Shown: positions 49,462 through 58,390, numbered from the stretch's first letter. The stretch: 64,000 nucleotides of DNA from an uncultured delta proteobacterium (GCA_963842085.1 CAWJET010000002.1:256001-320000), one strand, 5' to 3'. Numbers and translations are program-made. Notes: generated from the letters alone by a model not told the origin.

Positions 49462-50202
49462 TCAACTGAAACGGCGGCCAGCCGCCGGATCGGGAATGGG
49501 AATCTCGAGCTTGGTCAGCAGATTGTTGACCTCGGCGGTGAATTCATCGCGCATCTGCCCGTTGCTGCGGCGTCGCAGGCCCCATCGAACATAATCGAAC
49601 TGCCGCCTGGATCCCGATTTTCCGAACATATCGAGCCCCGCGGGGTACCACTTTGCCAGATGCTTGATCAACAGGTCGCGTCCGCGATCACCCTCACGCT
49701 GCAGGTACCTCCGGATCAGCCGATAGCCGAAGGCCGCATGGCCGAGCTCCTCTTTATGCACGCGCTCTGCGATTCGCGCGAGCGGCTCGTAGCTGCACCC
49801 GACCCACTCGTATCCCATATAGGCCCCTTGCCGGTCGGCGAAGAAACTGAAGAGGCCATATTCGAGCCAGTCCACGGCTTCGTCGCGCATTTCGAAAATG
49901 TAGATCGGCATTGGCGACGCCATGAACTTGCTGTCAACCTGGACGCCGAGATCGTCGAGCAGCTTCATCCAATAGCTCGCGTGGCGAACTTCGTCGGACC
50001 AGAACGCCGCGTACTCGGCCTTGTCCTCAGCGGTAGGCGCCAGCGCGAGCGGCTTCAGGAGCGTGCGTTCAGGAGCGAGCATGTATTCGGACTCGATGCG
50101 CGATTGGATCGACAGCATCCGGATTAGAAGATCCCGGTACTCGGCGGGAAGGCCGTCAGGTCCCGGGAAGTGGAGCTCGCTCGCGGGTGATGTGTTGCTC
50201 AT
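49462..50202 (-). CDS. PaaA/BoxB-like ferritin-fold aryl-CoA epoxidase homolog
   Basis: RIESEY, DEVRH, FADRQG, SYEPLAR, KEELGH, WYPAGLDMFG, WGLRRRSNGQMR. Confidence 0.82.
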   Translation of the reverse strand: MSNTSPASELHFPGPDGLPAEYRDLLIRMLSIQSRIESEYMLAPERTLLKPLALAPTAEDKAEYAAFWSDEVRHASYWMKLLDDLGVQVDSKFMASPMPIYIFEMRDEAVDWLEYGLFSFFADRQGAYMGYEWVGCSYEPLARIAERVHKEELGHAAFGYRLIRRYLQREGDRGRDLLIKHLAKWYPAGLDMFGKSGSRRQFDYVRWGLRRRSNGQMRDEFTAEVNNLLTKLEIPIPDPAAGRRFS

Positions 50203-50229
50203 TCGATTGTTCCGGTCCTGTCCTGGTGT

Positions 50230-50247
50230 TCTGAACGATAGTTCAGA
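50230..50247. promoter_or_regulatory. Candidate TetR operator TCTGAAC-GATA-GTTCAGA
   Basis: Perfect 7-bp arms about 30 nt upstream of the paaA-like start. Confidence 0.55.
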
Positions 50248-50268
50248 TACCATCGCGACCACCGGCGG

Positions 50269-51027
50269 TCAACCCGCCATGGTCAGGCCGCCGCTCACGC
50301 TGAGCACCTGGCCGGTGACAAAGTCGGAATCGGAACTCGCGAAGAATGCGACGGCGCCCGCCACGTCGGCCGGTTGCCCGAGGCGGCGAAAAGGGATGCC
50401 ACGCGCCATCGCTTCGAGAACTTTCTCGCGTCCCGCCATCGCGCTCTTGAGCAGCGCGGTGTCGGTTGGTCCGGGGCACACGACGTTGACGTTGATGTGG
50501 TTTGCCGCCAGCTCGCGCGCCAGCGTTTTCGAGAAACCGATGATAGCGGCTTTGCATCCCGCGTAGACCGCTTCGCCGCTCGAGCCAACGCGCGCGGCAT
50601 CGGAAGAGATCGAGATGATTTTGCCGGTACCGCGCGATTGCATCCGGGGCGCAATGGCTTTGCAGCAGTTGAGCATGCCGCGATAGTTGATCGCGATTAC
50701 TTTGTCCCAGAAGTCGGGAGTGCTCTCGACAAATGGCATAACGATGTCCCATCCGGCATTGTTCACCAGGATGTCGATTGGCCCGAGTTCGCGCTCGACG
50801 CGATCAGCCGCCGCGATTGCATCGTCAATTCTGGTGACGTCAAGCGCGACCGCGATCGCGGATTTACCGTGGCCGCGAATTTCCGCCGCTGCGCGCTCGG
50901 CGGAATCGTGCTGGATATCTGCCATCGCCACCTTGGCGCCCTCGTCGGCCAGGCGCGACGCGATCGCGCACCCGATTCCCTGGGCGGCGCCGGTCACGAT
51001 TGCGACTTTTCCGGTCAGGCGGGACAT
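50269..51027 (-). CDS. SDR, 2-hydroxycyclohexanecarboxyl-CoA dehydrogenase (BadH)-like
   Basis: TGAAQGIG, NNAGWD, SDAARVGSSGEAVYAGCK, CPGPTDT, SVSGGLTM. Confidence 0.8.
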   Translation of the reverse strand: MSRLTGKVAIVTGAAQGIGCAIASRLADEGAKVAMADIQHDSAERAAAEIRGHGKSAIAVALDVTRIDDAIAAADRVERELGPIDILVNNAGWDIVMPFVESTPDFWDKVIAINYRGMLNCCKAIAPRMQSRGTGKIISISSDAARVGSSGEAVYAGCKAAIIGFSKTLARELAANHINVNVVCPGPTDTALLKSAMAGREKVLEAMARGIPFRRLGQPADVAGAVAFFASSDSDFVTGQVLSVSGGLTMAG

Positions 51028-51036
51028 GGCGATCCT

Positions 51037-51792
51037 TCAACTCGCGATCCAACCGCCGTCGATAATGAATGGCGCTCCGGTTGCGAAGGGCGCCTCGTCG
51101 CTGGCGAGGAACAGCGCGGTGTGCGCGATTTCGTCGGCGCTGCCGACGCGGCCCAGCACCGAGCTGCGCTGGATGAACTTCGGCTGCAATCCCTCGGGCC
51201 CGGTGATTCGATCCACCATCGGGGTGTGGATTACTCCCGGGCAGATGCAGTTGACGCGAACGTTATAGCGCCCGTACTCGAGCGCCGCGACCCGTGTCAG
51301 CGAAATCACGCCGGCTTTGGCCGCGCAGTATGCGCTCGCGCCCTTGAGCCCGACGATTCCCGCGACTGACGCGGTGTTGATCACGGCGCCGCCGCTGCGT
51401 TCGACGATCCTGGGCAGTCCGTATTTCATTCCGAGCCATACGCCGCGCAGGTTGATTGCTATCACGCGGTCGAATGCCTCTTCGCTGAGCTGCGCGAGGA
51501 AGCCCGACTCGCCTTCGATTCCCGCGTTGTTGTAGAGCACGTCGAGCCCGCCGAACGCGCGGACTGTCTCCTCGACCATCGCGCGCGCATCCTCCGAGTC
51601 GGACACGTCGGCGCGCAACGAGATCGCTTCGCCGCCGGCCGCTTTGATCATCCGCGCGGTCTCGGCCGCGGACGTCTCCGTTACGTCGATCGCCGCGACT
51701 TTTGCGCCTTCGCGTGCGAACAACACGGAGGCCGCTCGTCCCATTCCAGAGCCAGCGCCGGTGATCAGCGCAACTTTTCCCTGAAGTCTCAT
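51037..51792 (-). CDS. SDR family oxidoreductase
   Basis: TGAGSGMG, YNNAGI, YCAAK, RVNCICPG, IDGG. Confidence 0.9.
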   Translation of the reverse strand: MRLQGKVALITGAGSGMGRAASVLFAREGAKVAAIDVTETSAAETARMIKAAGGEAISLRADVSDSEDARAMVEETVRAFGGLDVLYNNAGIEGESGFLAQLSEEAFDRVIAINLRGVWLGMKYGLPRIVERSGGAVINTASVAGIVGLKGASAYCAAKAGVISLTRVAALEYGRYNVRVNCICPGVIHTPMVDRITGPEGLQPKFIQRSSVLGRVGSADEIAHTALFLASDEAPFATGAPFIIDGGWIAS

Positions 51793-51873
51793 TGGATGCT
51801 CCCGAAGACCATTTGCTCCGAGATTAGCGCATTTCTGCGCGATGCAGTTAGTTGTCCCGGATCACTTTATTTG

Positions 51874-51932
51874 ATGTGAAACCCACCCTGGGTCTCACGC
51901 GTCCTGGGGCAGAGGTGACCCCTGCACCCAGT
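51874..51932 (+). repeat. Dispersed double-hairpin element, copy C
   Basis: ATGTGAAACCCACCCTGGGTCTCACGCGTCCTGGGGCAGAGGTGACCCCTGCACCCAG. Confidence 0.8.
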
Positions 51933-51997
51933 GTTAGGACGGGATGCGGGACGTCGTCGCTGTTTGGAAGTTCACGGGGGGAGCTGGAAATGCGAGA

Positions 51998-52027
51998 CGG
52001 AGTCGCAGCCTGGTGGCCACGACTCCG
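51998..52027 (-). terminator. Hairpin downstream of the spy-like gene (possible terminator)
   Basis: CGGAGTCG..GCC-TGGT-GGC..CGACTCCG; U-tract weak. Confidence 0.4.
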
Positions 52028-52057
52028 CCTGGTTGATGGAGTTGCCGAACTAAAGTT

Positions 52058-52603
52058 CTACTCTGTCGGTGCTGAATCGCTGGGGCTGTTGCCTTGCGCG
52101 AACAGGGCGTGCAGCTCGGCGTGAATCTGGTCGAGCTTGGCCTTGGTCGCGGCGATTTGCGTGAGCTGAGCCGGCGTCAGCACGTTGCGGATGGCGATCG
52201 CGTCCTGAATCTGCTCGTTCGTCATCTGGCTCTGTATCTGGGTGAGCTGCGAAACCGGGCTGGACAAGTCGGCCGCGGCTACCGCGCCGGTTGACGTGAA
52301 CTTGGCCGCGATTGCTTCCTTGGCGGTCTTGAGCTGCTGGTACTCTGCTTTCCGCGAAGCCCATCGGGCCTTGAAGATCGCATGAATCTGCTGCCTCTGC
52401 GCGTCAGTCAGGTTGGCGGTTTTCAGCAAGAGCGGAAGCGGGAGGCCGAGCGCGTCCATGCCGCCGTGCATGCCGTGAAAACCGCGATGCCCCATCGGGC
52501 CGCCCATACCGCCCGAGTTCGATGAAGCGACATGTGCGACCGCAGCGACCAGCAGGACTGCCATAACTACGGGGACGATACCGCGAGAGAACTTCGAAAC
52601 CAT
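52058..52603 (-). CDS. Spy/CpxP-family periplasmic chaperone
   Basis: AAGGAG RBS, signal peptide, Gly/Met/His stretch, NLTDAQRQQI and VLTPAQ (LTxxQ motifs). Confidence 0.82.
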   Translation of the reverse strand: MVSKFSRGIVPVVMAVLLVAAVAHVASSNSGGMGGPMGHRGFHGMHGGMDALGLPLPLLLKTANLTDAQRQQIHAIFKARWASRKAEYQQLKTAKEAIAAKFTSTGAVAAADLSSPVSQLTQIQSQMTNEQIQDAIAIRNVLTPAQLTQIAATKAKLDQIHAELHALFAQGNSPSDSAPTE

Positions 52604-52799
52604 ATAAACTCCTTGGATGTGGAACACCACCTTCATTGGCGGCGCTCGCTCTTATTCTTAATGTACGTTAACCGAAAAATCCGGTTACGCGCCGGGTTTC
52701 CCGCGCCGACTGACTTCGGCGGCTTGCCATCAGTCGGTTCTCATCGGCGAACGTGATGCCGCCCTCCTCCAACATCGATTGGTACGTGAAATCGCGCGC

Positions 52800-55700
52800 T
52801 TAACGAAAATCGTGCGAGGGCGGGACCGTGCCGGGAATCTTAATCTCCTCGAAGCGCCGCGCGCGAATCGCGGTCACGCCGTCGACCCTTTGCAGTACGC
52901 CCTCGGCCAGCAGGATTCCGGCGCTGCGCAGCAGCAGGCGATGTTTCTGAAACAAGTCGGGCGTGACGATCAGGTTGGCGATTCCGGTTTCGTCCTCTAG
53001 CGTGATGAACAGAAAGCCCTTGGCCGTGCCGGGGCGTTGGCGCACGATTACGACGCCGGCGGTCTTCACCCACGACTGATGATTGGCGCGCGTGAGCGCG
53101 TCGGCGCTCAGGATTCCGCGCGCGGTCAAATCTCCGCGCAGATAGGTCATCAGATGAGGCCCCGTCGTGAGGCCGGTCGCCGCGTAATCTGCGAGCGTCT
53201 CATCGATCGGCGCCATCGTTGCCAGCGGAACTTCACCATCGCGCGGCCTCACACCCGCCAGCAGACTCTTTGGATCACGCTCGACGGCGGCCGCATTCCA
53301 CATCGCGTCGCGCCGCGCCAGGCCGAAGGATGCGAACGCGCCTGCGTAGGCAAGCGCATCGAGCTCGCGCCGGTTCGGTCCGACGCGCGCGGTGAGATCG
53401 GCAATCGAATCGAACTGTCGCCGCGCGCGCTCGCTTTCGATTTGAAGTCCGACTTCCTCGCGCAGGCCGGTGACGTATCGCAGTCCCATGCGCGTCGCGG
53501 GATGGCCATCAATAACTTCGATGATGCATTTCCAGCTCGAGCGGGTCACGTCGATTGGCAGCACGACGACAGCGTGACGCGCGGCATCTTTCACCAGCGT
53601 CGAGGGATGGTAGAAGCCGAGCGGGTAGCAATTCAGCATCGCGGCCAGGAACGCCGCCGGATGATGGTACTTCAGGTACGCCGACGCGTACGCGATCAGC
53701 GCGAAGCTCGCGGCGTGCGATTCGGGGAATCCATACAGCGCAAACGACGTGATCGAGCGCACGATGTCGTCGGCGACGTTGCCTTGCAGGCCGTTGCGCA
53801 ACATCCCGGCGCGCAGCCGCGCTTCGATTTTCTCCATCCGCTCGGCAGAGCGCTTGAATCCCATCGCGCGGCGCAGTTCCTCGGCCTCGCCGCCGCTGAA
53901 TCCCGCCACCGTCATCGCCATTCGCAACAACTGCTCCTGGAAAAGCGGGACGCCGAGCGTGCGCTTCAGGATCGGCTCGAGCGAAGGATGCGGATACTCG
54001 ACGGGCGCGCGACCGTTGCGGCGATCGAGATAGGGATGCACCATTTTGCCGACGATGGGGCCGGGGCGGATGATCGCGACCTCGACCACCAAATCGTAAA
54101 ATCGCTCCGGCTTCATCCGCGGCAGCGTCGCCATCTGCGCGCGGCTCTCGACCTGGAAAACGCCGACGGTATCGGCGCGCCGCAGCATCGCATACACGCC
54201 GGGATCGTCGGGCGGAATATGCGCGAGATCGATTTCGACGCCCTCGTGCGCTCGGATCATCGGAATCGCCTCTTTCAGCGCGGCCAGCATCCCGAGTCCG
54301 AGCAGATCGATCTTGATTATGCCAAGATCGGCGCAGTCGTCCTTGTCCCATTGAATCACCACGCGGCCGGGCATCGAGGCCGGCTCGAGCGGCACGATTT
54401 CGTCGAGCGGCTGCGCGGCGATCACCATGCCGCCGCTATGCTGCCCGAGATGGCGCGGCACGCTCTGAATCTTGCGCACCAGCTCGACCAGCATCCTGAT
54501 TCGCGGCGCTTCCGCATCGACGCCGCCGCGCTTGAGCAGCGACACGAGATCGTCATGATGGTCGCGGAACTCGTACACCTGGTTGAGCTTGGCCAGCCGG
54601 TCAACCTGTTCGGGCGAAAAGCCGAGGGTCTTGCCGACTTCGCGCACCGCGCTTTTGGTGCGATAGGTGATCACGTTCGCGGTCATCGCGGCCCCACGTT
54701 CGCCGTAGCGGCGATAAACGTATTGAATCGCCATCTCGCGATCGTCGCCGCTGGGCAGATCAAGATCGATGTCGGGCCATTCGCCGCGCTCTTCGGAAAG
54801 AAAGCGCTCGAACAGGAGTTCCATCTTGACCGCGTCCACCGCCGTGATCCCGAGCGCATAGCACACCGCGCTGTTGGCCGCGGAGCCGCGTCCCTGCACC
54901 ATGATCCGATTTTCGCGGCAGAACTGGACAATGTCCCATACGATCAGGAAGTAGCCGGCGAGCTTGAGCCGCTCGATGACCGCGAGCTCATGTTCGAGCT
55001 GGCGGTGCGTGCGAGCGTCGATCGCGCCGCGCCATCGCTCTCTCGCGCCGGCATAGGTGAGAACCCGCAAATAGCTGTCGGGCGTTTCTCCCGGTGGGAG
55101 CGGATAGTCGGGAAAGCGATAGCCCATGTCGCAGAGCTGGAAAGCGCATCGCTCGGCTATCGCGCGCGAGGTGGCGACGGCGCCGGGCAGCTCGCGAAAC
55201 AGCGCGGCCATCTCAGCCGGCGATTTCAGATGGCGCTGGCTGTTGATCCAGAGCGCGCGGCCGGCTTCCTCGAGCGTGGTCTTGAGCCGGATGCAGGTCA
55301 GCACGTCGAGCAATTTGCGATCCGAGCCGCCGTGGCATACGTCGTTGGTCGCGACCACCGGGATTCGCGCCGCGCCCGCAAGCGCTGCGAACTTGCGGTT
55401 AAGGCGCTCCTCGCCGGCGTCGAGATGCCGCTGCAAATCGATGTAGAAATTTCCCGCGCCGAAAATCCTCTCGAGCCGCCGGCTCAGCTCGACGGGATCC
55501 TCGCCGCGAACGAGCATGCGTGACAGCGGGCTCATCGCGCCGCCGGCAAGGCAGATGAGTCCGCGGCCGTAGCGTTCGAGTTCGTCCAGCGTAATGTGGC
55601 TCTCGCCTTTCGCGGGATAAACCGGCGGAGCAACAGAGCCGTCGCGTGCGAGCGCGCCGGGATTCAGGACGCGCATCTTCGCGTCGGTGATCATGCGGCA

Positions 55701-55970
55701 GAGATTCTGGTAGCGCTGGCGATCGGGCACGAGGACGTAGAGCCGCGAGTCGTCGTCCAGCGTCAGTTCCGCGCCCACGATTTGCCGGATTCCCGCGGCC
55801 TTCGCGGCCTGATAAAAGCGCGGTGCGCCGTAAAGTCCGTCGCGATCGCCAAGCGCCATCGCGCCATAGCCAAGTTCGGCCGCGCGCGCCGCGAGATCCT
55901 CGGGCGTACTCGCACCTTCAAGAAAGCTGAACGCGCTGCGCGCGCGCAGCTCGATGTAATCGGAGTTCAT
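52800..55970 (-). CDS. dnaE2: Error-prone DNA polymerase DnaE2 (ImuC)
   Basis: SAFSFLEGAS, QGRGSAANSAVCY, PDIDLD, YGFPESHAASFA, RQRPGTAKG, C-terminal SHDFR. Confidence 0.95.
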   Translation of the reverse strand: MNSDYIELRARSAFSFLEGASTPEDLAARAAELGYGAMALGDRDGLYGAPRFYQAAKAAGIRQIVGAELTLDDDSRLYVLVPDRQRYQNLCRMITDAKMRVLNPGALARDGSVAPPVYPAKGESHITLDELERYGRGLICLAGGAMSPLSRMLVRGEDPVELSRRLERIFGAGNFYIDLQRHLDAGEERLNRKFAALAGAARIPVVATNDVCHGGSDRKLLDVLTCIRLKTTLEEAGRALWINSQRHLKSPAEMAALFRELPGAVATSRAIAERCAFQLCDMGYRFPDYPLPPGETPDSYLRVLTYAGARERWRGAIDARTHRQLEHELAVIERLKLAGYFLIVWDIVQFCRENRIMVQGRGSAANSAVCYALGITAVDAVKMELLFERFLSEERGEWPDIDLDLPSGDDREMAIQYVYRRYGERGAAMTANVITYRTKSAVREVGKTLGFSPEQVDRLAKLNQVYEFRDHHDDLVSLLKRGGVDAEAPRIRMLVELVRKIQSVPRHLGQHSGGMVIAAQPLDEIVPLEPASMPGRVVIQWDKDDCADLGIIKIDLLGLGMLAALKEAIPMIRAHEGVEIDLAHIPPDDPGVYAMLRRADTVGVFQVESRAQMATLPRMKPERFYDLVVEVAIIRPGPIVGKMVHPYLDRRNGRAPVEYPHPSLEPILKRTLGVPLFQEQLLRMAMTVAGFSGGEAEELRRAMGFKRSAERMEKIEARLRAGMLRNGLQGNVADDIVRSITSFALYGFPESHAASFALIAYASAYLKYHHPAAFLAAMLNCYPLGFYHPSTLVKDAARHAVVVLPIDVTRSSWKCIIEVIDGHPATRMGLRYVTGLREEVGLQIESERARRQFDSIADLTARVGPNRRELDALAYAGAFASFGLARRDAMWNAAAVERDPKSLLAGVRPRDGEVPLATMAPIDETLADYAATGLTTGPHLMTYLRGDLTARGILSADALTRANHQSWVKTAGVVIVRQRPGTAKGFLFITLEDETGIANLIVTPDLFQKHRLLLRSAGILLAEGVLQRVDGVTAIRARRFEEIKIPGTVPPSHDFR

Positions 55971-56013
55971 GCTGATGCGTTCGAGGCAACGCCCTTATCG
56001 ATCAGCCTGGGTA

Positions 56014-56310
56014 TTATTTGCCTGAGTGGTGAGCGCGTCCTTGGCCTGAGCGAGGTGCTTTTCGCGGCCGGAGTGATGCTTCGAGGGTCTGCCGGATGTA
56101 GCGCTGGTACGGGATACCGCGGCGATGCGCGACGGCACGGACCGCGTTCAGGAGTTCTTCAGAGATTCGAAGATTGACCGACTTTTGTTTGGGCCTGAAC
56201 TCGAACTGAAATGGCGCGAAGTTTTCGGCGCTGATGTAGTCGGACAAATCCTGGTCAAGGAAGTTTTCCGCTTCCCTATCGGTTTTGAACACGGGCAATT
56301 TCTTGTTCAT
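56014..56310 (-). CDS. BrnA/CopG-like antitoxin
   Basis: KKLPVFKTDREAENF, VNLRIS, GIPYQRYIR. Confidence 0.82.
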   Translation of the reverse strand: MNKKLPVFKTDREAENFLDQDLSDYISAENFAPFQFEFRPKQKSVNLRISEELLNAVRAVAHRRGIPYQRYIRQTLEASLRPRKAPRSGQGRAHHSGK

Positions 56311-56596
56311 ATTTTTTAATCTCCTTCCTATGCATGTAGCGTGCGCTTATGGGCCGTATGAAGATTCCGCCGCGTGTTTGCCTCGGCGTGAAAACGACAA
56401 AGGCGTATCGCCCTTCTTCCGTCCGCCCGATCGCCAAAAAACGCGGCTCCGCGCGCGAATTCTTGAGGTCGGGCACAATCAGGGTCGCCGCGTGAACGAG
56501 AACGTGCTCCACTTCAGCGACCGAAACGCCATGTTTCTGACACTTCGAGCGGTTGGCGTTGTCCCATGCAAATCCTGAAAAAGTGACCTTCTGCAT
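56276..56596 (-). CDS. BrnT-family toxin
   Basis: GFAWDNANRSKCQKHGVS..E, EPRFLAIG, IRPISARYMH.KE. Confidence 0.88.
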   Translation of the reverse strand: MQKVTFSGFAWDNANRSKCQKHGVSVAEVEHVLVHAATLIVPDLKNSRAEPRFLAIGRTEEGRYAFVVFTPRQTRGGIFIRPISARYMHRKEIKKYEQEIARVQNR

Positions 56597-56608
56597 CCGT
56601 TGGTCTCA

Positions 56609-56628
56609 GTGTAGGCTAATGCCTATAC
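56609..56628. promoter_or_regulatory. Near-palindrome GTGTAGGC-TAAT-GCCTATAC; candidate BrnTA operator
   Basis: Inverted repeat just upstream of the brnT start. Confidence 0.45.
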
Positions 56629-56653
56629 AAATGCCAATGCACCTTGGCGACAA

Positions 56654-58378
56654 TCAGTCGTAGGCGCCGTCGAGAAACCACTTGTGCGAGTGCAGGTCGC
56701 GGAAGACGCGGTATACGCCGCCGTCTTCGAGCGCGAGTTCGTAGTAATCGCGGATGAAGCCGCATTTATCCGCGCCATTTATTTCAATTCTCGCAGCGCT
56801 TCCGTTTGCGCCATTGAGATGCGGGGCGGGCGAGGGCGCCGGCATGAGCGCGGACAGTGCCTTCAGATTTTCTGCGGATACCTGGCGCGGATGTGCTCCG
56901 AACATGCGCCCGTCATGTAGCTCCAGCCCCCGCTGCGGTGCGGAATTTTGTTTATCGGATGAATCCGCGTGCGCATCCGCGTCAGCGGTGCATCCAAGCC
57001 ACCATTCGCCGTCGCGCCGCCACGGCCCGGCGATGGAGATGACGCGCGCGCCAAGATTATCGCCGCGGACGAACTCCGGAATCTCCCGCGAGCACATCAC
57101 CTCGATCTCGCGCGCCGGACGAATCGCGCGTATCACGAGCTGCGTCACATTCTTCGCCGCCGCATTTTCGGGGAGTGGCGGCGCGGCGGGCGGTGCGAAT
57201 GGATCGAGCCGCGTCGCTTCGGGCCGATGCGAATTTTCCGCCCTCAGCATGCCGACGTTGCCGGGGCCGCATAGCGCCGCCAGCCGTGCAATCGTGGTCT
57301 GCAGCTTGTCAGGCGCCGGACAGGGAGGCAGGAACATGTCGGTCTGCGCTGGTCGTGGGACGCGCGGTGCGATCTCGATTCGAATCGATTCGACGGCGGC
57401 CTCGGGCGGCTCCGCTTCAAGACTCAGGTTGATGAGCGTGAGAATCGCGCGGACGTCGTTGGACGGCGCCGCCACCGCGACCCGCCGATTGAAACTGCGA
57501 TGACCGCTCATCCCGAATGCGAGCGTGATATCGCCGGCGACCATGCCGCGTAGCGAAAGCCGCTCGGCCAGCCGCTCGAGCATCGCGCGCATGACGAATC
57601 CCAGCGCCTCCAGGAGCTCGATGCCGTATTCAAGCTCGACGGTCTCGACAAACAACTCGGTGCGGCGGCGCGGTACGAGCGGCGCATGGCTTCCACCGCG
57701 CGCAAGGCGGACCAGCTCGACGCCGCGCCGTCCCAGCCGCGTGCCGACCGCGTCGGGATTGAGGCGCGCCAGCTCGCCCAGGCGCCGCATCCCCCACCGC
57801 GCGAGCGTGGTCTCCAGGTCGTCGCCGCGATCCGATTTCCCGAGGCTAAGCATGTCGAGCGGCAGCCAGTTCAGGAATTCGCGCTCGCGACCGGTTTCGA
57901 TCACGCGCACGCCGCCGCATCGCGCGGCCAGATGTGCCAGTTCCTTGTTGGCCGCGACGCCGGCGGCGGGCTCCATCCCGACTCGGCGCACGCATCGCAC
58001 CAGCTCGGCGGTGATCTCTTCTTCGCCATTGTAGATGCGATGCAGGCCGGCGAGATCTACCCACACGCATCCCGGCGCGCCCGACTCGACGACCGGCGAA
58101 ACCGATTCGACCGCATCGAGCAGGGCGGAATGCGCCGAGCTTTCCGCGGCGGGCGAGCGATGGACCACGACCAGGTCCGACGAGATCGCCCGCGCCTGCG
58201 CGATCGTCATGCCGGGGCGGATTCCAAGTTCACGCGCGCGCGGCGAAATGGCGTCGAGCTCGGCATGCGGCGCGAGGCTGCGGCCGATAGCCAGCACCTT
58301 GTCCGCGAGCGCGGGATTCGAGCGCACGAGCGCCGCAATAGAAAAGTCGGCGACCATGATGCACGCGATACGAGCCAT
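56654..58378 (-). CDS. imuB: ImuB (catalytically inactive Y-family polymerase)
   Basis: GIRPGMTIAQARA, degenerate active site (SPVVESGAPGCVWVDL), QTDMF clamp-like motif, GPWR..GEWW...RDYY...W.LDG.YD. Confidence 0.88.
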   Translation of the reverse strand: MARIACIMVADFSIAALVRSNPALADKVLAIGRSLAPHAELDAISPRARELGIRPGMTIAQARAISSDLVVVHRSPAAESSAHSALLDAVESVSPVVESGAPGCVWVDLAGLHRIYNGEEEITAELVRCVRRVGMEPAAGVAANKELAHLAARCGGVRVIETGREREFLNWLPLDMLSLGKSDRGDDLETTLARWGMRRLGELARLNPDAVGTRLGRRGVELVRLARGGSHAPLVPRRRTELFVETVELEYGIELLEALGFVMRAMLERLAERLSLRGMVAGDITLAFGMSGHRSFNRRVAVAAPSNDVRAILTLINLSLEAEPPEAAVESIRIEIAPRVPRPAQTDMFLPPCPAPDKLQTTIARLAALCGPGNVGMLRAENSHRPEATRLDPFAPPAAPPLPENAAAKNVTQLVIRAIRPAREIEVMCSREIPEFVRGDNLGARVISIAGPWRRDGEWWLGCTADADAHADSSDKQNSAPQRGLELHDGRMFGAHPRQVSAENLKALSALMPAPSPAPHLNGANGSAARIEINGADKCGFIRDYYELALEDGGVYRVFRDLHSHKWFLDGAYD

Positions 58379-58390
58379 CGGGACACCGTG

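Noticed and set aside
50232-50245. Gram-positive LexA box (GAAC-N4-GTTC)
   Set aside because: It precedes a metabolic operon with its own TetR, and the motif is absent upstream of imuA; a TetR operator is more parsimonious
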